Of a DNA stretch of 64,000 bases, positions 9,221 to 17,956 are shown piece after piece. Both the position numbers and the translations under genes were made by a program. How positions within the stretch are numbered: the first letter of the stretch is position 1; each line of letters opens with the position of its first letter. Under the pieces are notes generated by a model, which made no database searches, was not told the origin of the DNA, and saw nothing but the letters and a program-made list of their open reading frames with translations. Source of the DNA: a virus; the IMG/VR virus record IMGVR_UViG_3300036785_000370, positions 7,991 through 71,990 of that record; one strand, 5' to 3'.

Positions 9221-10111
9221 ATGGGTTTCGGCTCATTTGATCCAAACGCCTACCGTGCATTCGCTGCAAGCACGTCGGGAAAATCAACGCAGCAAATCTA
9301 TACATCGACCAAGCTCGATGATTACCTCAACCCGAAAGGAGTGAAGATCAGAGAATCTCGTGACAGCGACGATCATCCAAAGTCAACGCCACTCATCGTG
9401 GCTCTGGATGTCACCGGCAGCATGGGAATATTGGCAGACACCATTGCCAGGAAGGGACTGGGTGTGCTGTTCAACGATGTGATCGACCATGAACCAATCA
9501 CCGATCCACAGATCATGTTCATGGGTATCGGCGATGCGCGATGCGACCAGTCGCCGTTACAAGTCTCGCAATTCGAGAGTGACAACCGGGTTGTGGAGCA
9601 GCTGACGAAGCTGTACCTGGAGCATGGCGGCGGAGGGAACGCCGGCGAAAGTTACGATCTCTCGTGGTATTTCGCGGCGCGTCATACAGAGCACGACAGC
9701 CACGTGAAACGCGGGAAACGCGGGTATTTGTTCACAGTAGGAGACGAACCAGCGCCGCCGGGGTTAACAGTGGATCAGATCGCGGAGTTTATCGGGGACA
9801 AGATCGAAGTGAACCTTACGGCCAAGGAGCTGCTGAATGAAGCGCAGCGCACCTACAACGTGTTTCACATCGTGGTGGAGGAGGGCGGTGGCAAGAGTTA
9901 TCCGAACACGCTTGGATCATGGACTGATCTATTGGATGAGCGCGTGATTCGTCTACCGGATCACACGCAGCTTGGAGAAACAATCGTTGCCGCGCTATTG
10001 ATGGCCGAGGGCGCCGACAAACAGCGCGTAGCCACGAAATACGGGCAACTTGTTGGGAACGCGGTCGGCCATCTCCCGCGTGCTCGTCAGCCACGTTTAC
10101 TGCCAGCGTGA
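9221..10111 (+). CDS. von Willebrand factor A (vWA) domain protein
   Basis: MIDAS-like LDVTGSM, GIGD, GGGGN.GESY, FTVGDE. Confidence 0.85.
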   Translation: MGFGSFDPNAYRAFAASTSGKSTQQIYTSTKLDDYLNPKGVKIRESRDSDDHPKSTPLIVALDVTGSMGILADTIARKGLGVLFNDVIDHEPITDPQIMFMGIGDARCDQSPLQVSQFESDNRVVEQLTKLYLEHGGGGNAGESYDLSWYFAARHTEHDSHVKRGKRGYLFTVGDEPAPPGLTVDQIAEFIGDKIEVNLTAKELLNEAQRTYNVFHIVVEEGGGKSYPNTLGSWTDLLDERVIRLPDHTQLGETIVAALLMAEGADKQRVATKYGQLVGNAVGHLPRARQPRLLPA

Positions 10112-11169
10112 AGCGGGCTCGCGTCGTAATTGGAGCGAACTTCGGCGACGAAGGTAAAGGGCTCCTCGTAGATTACCTTTGCATGGATGGCGCAGAGGCC
10201 GTTGTTCGCTTCAATGGCGGCGCAAACGCCGGGCACACCGTTGTTCTACCCGACGGTGTCAGGCATGTTCATCGCCATTTTGGATCTGGCACGCTTCGGG
10301 GGATACCGACTTACTTGTCTGAGTTTTTTGTGTGTAACCCGATTCTTTTCTTCAATGAGTTAAAGGAGTTGCAGACGTTAGGTCTGAAGCCAGTTGTGTT
10401 TGCTCACCCCGATTGCTTGGTCACCACCTTCATCGACATGATTATTAATCAGGAGAAGGAGACAAGACGAGGAGCAAAGCGGCACGGTAGTTGCGGGGTT
10501 GGGCTATGGGAAACTGTGATCAGATCGAAGATTCCTGAATTAAAAATTACCTATGCCGATTTGATGTTTAACCGACACACTCTGGAAGCCAAGCTGTTGA
10601 GGATCTGCGGAAAATGGTCGCAATATCGCATTGGCCGAAAGATTCAGGAGCCAGAAGCAATCGAACACTTTCTGAAATGTTGCGAAGCGTTCCAGTGGTA
10701 TGTTGAGCCCGGTGGAATAGGCCGGTTCAACGACGTCATCATGGAAGGAGCGCAAGGGTTGCTGCTTGATCAAGATAACAAGCAGATGCAGCCGCATGTG
10801 ACCGGGTCGTCGACGGGAATGACAAATCCCGAGATCTTGTTTCAGCGCGGTGATTTTAATGAGGTGGAAGCTTATTACGTTTCCAGAACCTATCTTACCC
10901 GGCACGGTGCTGGATTATTGCCAGGCGAGGATTCGCAGTTGAGCTACGTGGATGACACGAATATCGATGGGCCGTGGCAGGGGCGGCTGCGTTTTGCTCC
11001 ATTGGATGACGCACTGAAGCTTCGCATTGCAGCAGATGCGGCTGGGGTTCCACACGAACTGGTTCTTACTCATTGTGATCAACTGACTCCGCCAACTATC
11101 GCTGACCTCTATTCATCGGGTTCAACGCATCTGGATGTGAGTCAAGCTGCTGAGACCATAATGGTATGA
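10108..11169 (+). CDS. purA: Adenylosuccinate synthetase-like protein (short PurA-like form)
   Basis: GANFGDEGKG P-loop, RFNGGANAGHT, EGAQGLLLD, PHVT.S.TG, TRHGAG. Confidence 0.8.
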   Translation: MKRARVVIGANFGDEGKGLLVDYLCMDGAEAVVRFNGGANAGHTVVLPDGVRHVHRHFGSGTLRGIPTYLSEFFVCNPILFFNELKELQTLGLKPVVFAHPDCLVTTFIDMIINQEKETRRGAKRHGSCGVGLWETVIRSKIPELKITYADLMFNRHTLEAKLLRICGKWSQYRIGRKIQEPEAIEHFLKCCEAFQWYVEPGGIGRFNDVIMEGAQGLLLDQDNKQMQPHVTGSSTGMTNPEILFQRGDFNEVEAYYVSRTYLTRHGAGLLPGEDSQLSYVDDTNIDGPWQGRLRFAPLDDALKLRIAADAAGVPHELVLTHCDQLTPPTIADLYSSGSTHLDVSQAAETIMV

Positions 11170-11420
11170 AAGGGAAACGCACATTCGCAAGAGACGCTAC
11201 GGAGCTACGAAGAGCGCTCATCGCTGAGATAAAGAAGCGGCCGCATATCGACGGCCGGGTGGGCGTCATCGTTCTGCAAGACATGGCTTACGAGGCCGCT
11301 GTGATCGTCCACGGCAAAGAAGGCGCCATCGATTTTATAAGTGGGCTGATCAATATGCGGGCAAGCAACCCGATCAAATATCCGTGAATTTTTCCCCCAG
11401 GACGCAACAACCAACCACAT

Positions 11421-12020
11421 ATGAAAGAAAAACAAAAAGGCATGGAAGTAAAGATAACGTTCAAAGAGGAAATCCTCGGGACCGCCTCCGGCGATCCCAA
11501 GATCCACACTGAATTCGTTATCAGCAAAGCACCCGATGCTAAGACCCTCGAAGAGGAAGTCGCGGCGATCGGCGTTGAAGGAGTAGTGGAAAAATCGAAA
11601 TCGATATTTCCGAAGGAGAACGGGAAACCGTTTCTTTATGATTACCAAATTAAAGGGTTTTTCAAGGGAGCTTGCAGCGCGCTCGCCAGGGTGCCTGACA
11701 CCTTGAGCAGCAAGCTGAAGGCATACAAGAAGGTGATAGACGGGACCATCTTCGTGTTTCCTCGGAAGATATTCTTCAATGAGATCCATGACATTGGAGA
11801 ATGCCAGAGGCCGCTGCGAGTTCAGACGCCACAAGGTGAAAGAGTCGCACTGGCCAACAGCGAAACGCAACCGTCGGGAAACTCGATTACCTTTAGTGTG
11901 CTGTGTCTTAACAAAGACAACATCGCGCTGGTGGAAGAGTGGCTCGACTACGGTGAGCTCTCTGGGATCGGTCAATGGCGCAATAGCGGCAAAGGCCGGT
12001 TCACCTGGGAAAAATGCTAG
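11421..12020 (+). CDS. Stand-alone RAMP / Cas7-like RNA-binding protein
   Basis: N-terminal strand MEVKITFKEEILGT, YQIKGFFK (RAMP IKG helix), thumb-like RPLRVQTPQGERVALANSE, C-terminal glycine-rich loop GIGQWRNSGKGRF; no CRISPR-type cas operon around it. Confidence 0.75.
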   Translation: MKEKQKGMEVKITFKEEILGTASGDPKIHTEFVISKAPDAKTLEEEVAAIGVEGVVEKSKSIFPKENGKPFLYDYQIKGFFKGACSALARVPDTLSSKLKAYKKVIDGTIFVFPRKIFFNEIHDIGECQRPLRVQTPQGERVALANSETQPSGNSITFSVLCLNKDNIALVEEWLDYGELSGIGQWRNSGKGRFTWEKC

Positions 12021-12709
12021 GGCAAGGGAGCGTCCGGCAGTGCGGTGTAAAGGCGTAGCACAGTGTGGCGTTGTAAGGCGTAGCAAAGGCGTAGCTATGA
12101 GCAGCGATGCCAAGGCAGGGCGCCGAGCGGAGCGGCTTCGAACAGACTAGCAATGGGCAAGGCAAAGATGCGTAGGGTGCGTAGGGCGATGCGACGCAAA
12201 GGCAATGCGTATCCCAGCAAGGTTCAGCATAGCAAGGGCAAGGCTAAGGCCAGCACGGCAACAACAATGCAACGGACAGCACTGCGGAGCTGCGGGCAGG
12301 GCGACGAAGATTGTGGCTCGGCCGAGCAATGCGGTGCATTGGCACTGCTCAGAAGCTCAATGATCGGTCCCGCGCGGCAAAGCAAAGGCAAAGCCAAGTT
12401 AGCAGCGCGCCGCGCAGCCCAGCAAAGGCAAAGCATGGCAAGGCGGCGAGACGACGGGCACAGCAAAGGCTCGGCCCAGCTTAGTAGCGCGACGCGACGC
12501 AAAGGCAAAGCCCAGCTAAGTAACGCGCAGCGAAGGCAAGGCCCAGATTGTTGGCGACGCAAAGCGAAGCTGTGTCAAGCAAAGGAAAAGCGAAGACTAG
12601 AACCGACGAGCACAGCAAAGGCGCGCCAGGGCGCTGCGAGGTGGTGCGGGGCACTGCAAAGCGAAGGCACCGAACAGCACTACGGAGAACTGCGAAGCAC
12701 AGCAAAAGG
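12021..12709 (+). ncRNA. Pentamer-periodic array (NNNG[C/A/T])n punctuated by AAAGGC-like hexamers; putative guide-RNA array for the RAMP protein
   Basis: 12049 AAAGGC GTAGC ACAGT GTGGC GTTGT AAGGC GTAGC AAAGGC; 12465 AAAGGC TCGGC CCAGC TTAGT AGCGC GACGC GACGC AAAGGC. The periodicity is directly visible; RNA function is inferred. Confidence 0.7.
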
Positions 12710-12723
12710 GGACACACCTTCCA

Positions 12724-12990
12724 GTGAGATGGATCTTCACATCAACAGTTGATCCGACGAAACTGGAAGGTGTTGTCTCGAGCCGATGCGGCCGTTTCGT
12801 CGCTTACTCGCGTTCGTTACGCAAGTGGTTCATGGTCTACCCGGGTGGCGAGACGCCGATCGCCGAGCCCGAAATGATCCTGGTGGACGAGGACTGGGCC
12901 CGAGCCAACAGGAATTTAAGCAAAGTGGTAAAATTCGAAAAGCCGCGGGGCCGCCGGCGGAAAAGTCAGCAACTTATATTGGATCTATGA
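12724..12990 (+). CDS. Hypothetical protein
   Basis: ORF resuming just after the array; ATGA overlap with a downstream small ORF ending at 13184. Confidence 0.5.
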   Translation: MRWIFTSTVDPTKLEGVVSSRCGRFVAYSRSLRKWFMVYPGGETPIAEPEMILVDEDWARANRNLSKVVKFEKPRGRRRKSQQLILDL

Positions 12991-13246
12991 GTGGAATCAA
13001 AATTAGAAGCCTTCGGCGCGAGCGCATCCACAAGGAGAAAGTGATCGCTAAATTGGAAAAGCTCCGGATGCTAAAAGCTAATCTGGACACCTGGGAGTCG
13101 ATGCCAAATCCTGATTACGATTACCTCCGAGAACTGAGGGCACGAATTAGGTCGGTCGAGACGCAATACAACGCGATGGCGTGAAATTTTTTGGCTGCAA
13201 TGCATTTTCCTTTTGACAGCGCCGTATACATCCGCTCAATGTCTTT

Positions 13247-13352
13247 TGTGCGTTTCAAACGATGCAACTCTACACACCAAATCTCTGGTCGGCGGTCGGG
13301 TAGGAAACGCACACCTCGGGTCTCATACCCGGCGCTCGACTGTCGATCAGAG
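13247..13352 (+). ncRNA. Structured RNA (three-way junction) whose loop is complementary to an upstream site; C4/CI antisense-like
   Basis: 18-bp stem 13283-13300 / 13335-13352 with 4 G-U pairs, enclosing hairpins 13302-13316 and 13317-13331; GAAACGCACA (13304-13313) is the reverse complement of TGTGCGTTTC (13247-13256). Confidence 0.6.
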
Positions 13353-13373
13353 GCTTGGTAGGTAGGCGCACCA

Positions 13374-15089
13374 GTGTCGATTCTGAAGGTTAAACCACCG
13401 GCATCTTCGGGGCCGAAACTTCAGGTCAAAGACACCCCTTATAAACCGCCGGCGCCGCGCGAGGATACCCCACAAACTGAGGTCCCAGCACCCAGGGGCA
13501 ATGAACTAGCACGAGAACTCCAGAACGATATTAAGACCGCTGCGGCCGCAGGAAGCAAATCGCGAAAATCTAAGCAGCAGGAATCACTCGAGGGGCTACA
13601 ATCCCAAGAATCCGAACAGGGTGTCATCGGTTCGATGCTCACTGAGCCAGAGGTCGCGATCCCAGTCGTCTTGAACAGGCGTATTTCCAAATGGGAATTC
13701 TTCAACCCGATTCATCAGACACTCTTTGTGGCATTGATCGATATGTGGGAAAGCGCCGTTAAAGTCGATCTGGTAACGTTCACGCAGTATCTGCGCGACC
13801 AGAAGATCCTCGATCAAGTCGGCGGTGCGGGGAATATCACGCAGTTTTTCGCGTTCGTGCCGACGGCAGCCAACGTTGATTATTACATCGACACCCTGTT
13901 CGAGAAAAAGGTGCGCCGGGACCTCTATAACCTGAGCAACCGGATGGGCCGGGCCGCGATCGGTGTCACCGAAGAAAGTTCCGACGAACTGCTGACCAAA
14001 TTTGCCGGCCAATATGAGCGCATGTTTAGGTTTACCAAGAACTCGGGGTTCGAGGACGCAGCGCATCTGCTCAACGGGGATAAACCGGTGCCCCCGATCC
14101 AGATCGTGCGCAAAATTGTGCACCGCGGCAGTAAGCTGATCTTGGGCGGCGGATCTAAAACGCAAAAGACCTGGGCCTTGATGGCGCTCGCGCTCTCGGT
14201 GTCCACTGGGAGTGACTGGTGGGGATTTCACACGCATCGAAGCCGAGTTTGTTACATTAATCTTGAGCTCCAAGACTGGTCATTCCACGAACGGCTCGTC
14301 GCAGTCGCTTCCAAGATGGACGTTAAACCGGAGGAGGGCTGGCTCCAGGTGCTTAACCTCCGCGGGCACGCGCAATCGATCGAAGATTTGCGCCGGCACT
14401 TTGCCATGATGCTCAAGAGCGGGTTTTTCGCCCTGGTGATAATCGATCCTGTTTACAAAGTTCTTGGCGGCCGCGACGAGAACAAGGCCGGCGACGTCGC
14501 GACGCTCCTCAACGAGGTGGATCGCATTACGGTCGAGGTCAACGCCGCGGTGGCTATGGCGGCGCATTTCAGTAAAGGCAACCAGGCCGCGAAAGAGTCG
14601 CTGGATCGAATCGGCGGCTCTGGGGTGTTCTCTCGTGATCCAGACTCTATCCTAACCATGACGCCGCACGAGGACTCCGACTGCTTTACTGTCGAATCAA
14701 CGTTACGTAATTTGCCGCCCATATCGCAGTTCGTGGTGCATTGGGATTACCCAGTCTTTATTCGCGAAGAGGAAAAGAATCCAGGTCGCCTGAAAGGCAC
14801 CCCTGGAGCCAAGCCACAATGGTCCGAGAGCCATATAATTGAGCAGATGAGCATCATTAACGGCTGGGCAACGGCGAAGTTGGCGAAGCGCTTGGCTGAC
14901 GAAAAAGGGATGTCCCGGGCGACCTTCTACCGGTTACTAACCAAGCTCGAGGACAACGGCAAAATTCAACGGCAAGAAGACGGCTTATGGTATAAAGTTT
15001 CTCAGGTCTCACAATCCGCTGAAAACAAATCTGAGAATAGTGAGACAAATCAGTCTCAAGATGTCAAAAACGAATCTGAGACATTATGA
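13374..15089 (+). CDS. Replicative helicase: DnaB N-terminal domain fused to RepA/AAA_25-type ATPase, with C-terminal HTH-like region
   Basis: EQGVIGSML...HQTLF...DLVT...VGG...VPTAANV.YY (DnaB-N); Walker A-like GGSKTQKT; Walker B LVIIDP; AHFSK, GSGVF; C-terminal SRATFYR. Confidence 0.8.
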   Translation: MSILKVKPPASSGPKLQVKDTPYKPPAPREDTPQTEVPAPRGNELARELQNDIKTAAAAGSKSRKSKQQESLEGLQSQESEQGVIGSMLTEPEVAIPVVLNRRISKWEFFNPIHQTLFVALIDMWESAVKVDLVTFTQYLRDQKILDQVGGAGNITQFFAFVPTAANVDYYIDTLFEKKVRRDLYNLSNRMGRAAIGVTEESSDELLTKFAGQYERMFRFTKNSGFEDAAHLLNGDKPVPPIQIVRKIVHRGSKLILGGGSKTQKTWALMALALSVSTGSDWWGFHTHRSRVCYINLELQDWSFHERLVAVASKMDVKPEEGWLQVLNLRGHAQSIEDLRRHFAMMLKSGFFALVIIDPVYKVLGGRDENKAGDVATLLNEVDRITVEVNAAVAMAAHFSKGNQAAKESLDRIGGSGVFSRDPDSILTMTPHEDSDCFTVESTLRNLPPISQFVVHWDYPVFIREEEKNPGRLKGTPGAKPQWSESHIIEQMSIINGWATAKLAKRLADEKGMSRATFYRLLTKLEDNGKIQRQEDGLWYKVSQVSQSAENKSENSETNQSQDVKNESETL

Positions 15090-15254
15090 GATCATTTTAC
15101 GTTTTTCGCGTTGTCTCAACCCCTTCTAAAGAAAAGAGTGAGATGAGACTAAAATATCTCATGTCTCACATCTCAATCTCATCTGTCTTCAGTCTGTCTG
15201 TCTCAGTCTCACAGACTCTATCCCATTGGGGAGCCCTTTCTATGAGACTGAGAC
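15006..15254. repeat. Iteron-like (G/A)TCTCA repeat cluster, candidate replication origin
   Basis: 16 copies of RTCTCA or its complement TGAGAY counted in about 250 bp at the helicase 3' end. Confidence 0.7.
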
Positions 15255-15298
15255 AGACTGAAGAGGAGAGAAGAAAATAACCCCCTACCCCCTTCTTT

Positions 15299-15781
15299 AT
15301 GGCCCGGCAATTTCAACTCGACCCGATGCGCGGATTCGATCCGTCCAAAGAAATCGCGCCGCCGCCGCCGCCGTCTCGGATTCGACCGCCCCCTCGGCCT
15401 GCGGACTGGGACGACGCATTGCACGATTACGACGAGGTCGGCGACGTTAACATCCTCGGCGTGTCGTTCGATGTGGACTGGGATTATCTGTTTGCGCGCC
15501 TGGACTTCACCAAAGGCAAATGGTGGCTGATCGTGCGCGACGCTGACGCAAATGGCGACGAGCGCATCCGCGTGCAAGAACTGCCTAACAGTATAATCAA
15601 CGCAGTCTTGGAAGACTTCGTCGACCTATGCGATGACTTCGATCGGGCCCGGCTGGAGCGGACCTGGTTGAAGCGAATGTTTCGGCGTCGCGATGAAAAG
15701 TCGTATCGTTTCGGTAAAGTCCCCTGGCGCGAGGAACAGCCACCGCCAGAGTCACCGAACCCGCAGCTGGAACTTTTATGA
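15299..15781 (+). CDS. Hypothetical protein
   Basis: ORF, ATGA overlap with the next gene. Confidence 0.5.
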   Translation: MARQFQLDPMRGFDPSKEIAPPPPPSRIRPPPRPADWDDALHDYDEVGDVNILGVSFDVDWDYLFARLDFTKGKWWLIVRDADANGDERIRVQELPNSIINAVLEDFVDLCDDFDRARLERTWLKRMFRRRDEKSYRFGKVPWREEQPPPESPNPQLELL

Positions 15782-16185
15782 GCTACGATGATGACCAGTT
15801 CGATTTGTTCGAGCGAACCCATACCCATTCGCCCGGTCTTGAAACTGAGACTTTAGCTGCGGCCAAGACGTTGCTATCGGTGGCTTCGATGCGAAACCGC
15901 ATCATGCAGGAATTGTCCGAAGCTGGGGAATGGGGATTGACGCCGGACGAATACGCCAAAAGACACGAGAGCCTGATCAACACCGTCCGCCGGCGCTTCA
16001 CCGATCTGTGGAAGGACGGCCTCATTCGTCATCACCCAGATGGCAGAACGCGCCTTAACAGCGATCTCAACGAGTGCATCGTGTGGGTGACAGGGTGCGA
16101 TCCAGGTGCCTCTGGGATGACCGAAAGCAGGATTGCTCGGCTTCGGGCGCAACTCAGGGAACACGGCATTCAACCATGTTGTTGA
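15778..16185 (+). CDS. Winged-helix DNA-binding protein
   Basis: GLTPDE...INTVRRRFTDL...G.I...G..R.N......VW. Confidence 0.6.
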   Translation: MSYDDDQFDLFERTHTHSPGLETETLAAAKTLLSVASMRNRIMQELSEAGEWGLTPDEYAKRHESLINTVRRRFTDLWKDGLIRHHPDGRTRLNSDLNECIVWVTGCDPGASGMTESRIARLRAQLREHGIQPCC

Positions 16186-16741
16186 CAATTTATGAGTGGA
16201 ACAAAAAGCATCATCGACAAAATCAGAGATTGCGAGTTTGAGCCTTGGATGTTTGAACCTGTAAAACCAATGAATGAACCAGAAACAAAAAGCGAATCGC
16301 CGCAGCTTAATGAAATCGCGGCGATAATTTTGGGCGGCCTGCTGGCCAGTGGCGATTACACCGAAGGAGCGGAACATTTCAAGCCGTACGGCGGCGAGCG
16401 GCAATCGCCCCGGCCGCGTTACCGGCCCGAAGCGGTGACCGACGCGCTGGAACTGGCGCGGGAGTTTATCGACAAGACGAGCGCCAAAGGCCCGCCAAAC
16501 GCGTCCTGAGCGATTTCCGCGCTCCGGAGTCGAGAACTGGATAAAACGCAGCTGTAGGCCGCAGGGCGGCTGCGCTTTGGTCGTTTAAATAAACCTTTGG
16601 CCTGTTAAAATGGACCAGATATTCGCGGAGCCCTTTGATCCTGATCTGGACGTGCGGGCCGCGGCTGCGCAGCGTTTGCAGTTCGCACTGGAAATTGTGG
16701 GCCCGGGCGAGCTCGACGACGTAATCTTGCGGCGTCATAAA

Positions 16742-17419
16742 TTATTCCCGTTGGAAAACGAAGAGCCCCGGCCGCGACTCGAGACCGATCCAGCCGAAGC
16801 TATCTTTCCAAAACTTGGCCATCGGGATCTGGGCCCGATCTTGAATCACATGTCGGAACCGGAGGTCGAATGCCGTTCCGAAGTTCTCCAGCTGCTTGAA
16901 TGTCGGCGTCTCGTAAAAGAGCGTTTCGCGCAAATTGCGGGTGCCTTCGAAGAGATCGTAAACGAGGATCTTCCCCCAGGGCGCGCAATTACTAAGCGCG
17001 CTCACAAGCGTCTGCTGCACGTTGACGTGCCCGAGCATGTAGCACAGGACCACCAGATCAAACGGAGCTTGCGCGCTGCGGTAGGTCTCCGCATTGGCGG
17101 CGACACGATTGCCTTTGCAGATGCAGCGCGCCAGCTGCGCCTTGGATATGTTGACCAGCTCGAAGCGTAGCTCTGGCCGCAGCGCCCGCCAATAGCGTTC
17201 CATGCCGCCGATCCCGCACCCGAGCGACAACACCCGCTCCGCCTTTTGCTCTGGATCGGCGACTGACAGGAGCCAGGCCGAATGGTCCGCCTCATTGAAA
17301 GGTTTCTGGAAGAGCTGGAATACGGTCTCCCCTTGGGCCATGAGCTCGTCGGTGAGCCGGCCGCAGAGCTCGTTATCCTCGCTCCAGTAAAGCGGATGCT
17401 CAGTGAAATGCGCTTTCAC
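16742..17419 (-). CDS. Class I SAM-dependent methyltransferase
   Basis: VLSLGCGIGG motif I, VNIS..QL, FDLVV...LGH, G.ILVYD. Confidence 0.8.
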   Translation of the reverse strand: MKAHFTEHPLYWSEDNELCGRLTDELMAQGETVFQLFQKPFNEADHSAWLLSVADPEQKAERVLSLGCGIGGMERYWRALRPELRFELVNISKAQLARCICKGNRVAANAETYRSAQAPFDLVVLCYMLGHVNVQQTLVSALSNCAPWGKILVYDLFEGTRNLRETLFYETPTFKQLENFGTAFDLRFRHVIQDRAQIPMAKFWKDSFGWIGLESRPGLFVFQRE

Positions 17420-17696
17420 TCGCCGTTATTCCCGATCGCCGCGTCCAATTCCTTTTTGAATTGCGCTTCGGAAATTTCTTCTCGGTAGGCTTCCACGGCC
17501 AGGCCGTAATCCCACTGATACTCGATCTCGCCATCTGGGGTTCGCCGGTCAATATATCGGACAACGACCTTCTCGGTTTTCTGTTCGATCAGGTAATTGA
17601 TCATGGTTTGCAGATCGGTAGCGACCTGGATCCAGCCTTCGAGGCTATTGTCCAGAGGGAAAACGATGAACGGCTTGGCCGACTGGCGGTATTGGC

Positions 17697-17924
17697 TCAT
17701 TTGAATCCGATCGCCGGCATTTCGGGAGCTCCCGGTTTGCGAACGAAAATTTTCTTCAGCTCTTTTTTCTCAGCAGCCTTGGCCTTTTTGACCCTGGCCC
17801 AACGTATATTGATGGCCCGACGCATTAACTCGCGTCTCTCTGGTTTGCCTTTGCCGGCTTTGCCACCCATCGCGCCGATGCGTCGATACCAGCGGCGAAC
17901 TGATTCTGGAATTTCTTTAGCCAT
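17697..17924 (-). CDS. Small basic protein (GG-K type), possibly DNA-binding
   Basis: RRIGAMGGKAGKG..RRE..RRA...RW; preceded by the shared promoter motif. Confidence 0.55.
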   Translation of the reverse strand: MAKEIPESVRRWYRRIGAMGGKAGKGKPERRELMRRAINIRWARVKKAKAAEKKELKKIFVRKPGAPEMPAIGFK

Positions 17925-17956
17925 AAAAATTTAGATAACACAGCAGGTATGTTTGT

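Noticed and set aside
10108-11169. PurZ / 2-aminoadenine (Z) genome pathway
   Set aside because: The catalytic Asp is retained (GDEGKG), and I recognised no DatZ, MazZ or phage DNA polymerase in the window.
12021-12709. Canonical CRISPR array next to the Cas7-like gene
   Set aside because: No identical 23-50 nt direct repeats separated by unique spacers; conservation is a 5-nt lattice instead.
12153-12752. 199-aa ORF (and antisense ORFs) over the array
   Set aside because: The Ala/Arg/Lys/Gln-rich translation is what a stop-poor pentamer repeat yields, and a 5-nt period does not fit codon structure.
15086-15280. 64-aa ORF after the helicase
   Set aside because: Its Ser-rich sequence is a by-product of the RTCTCA repeats.
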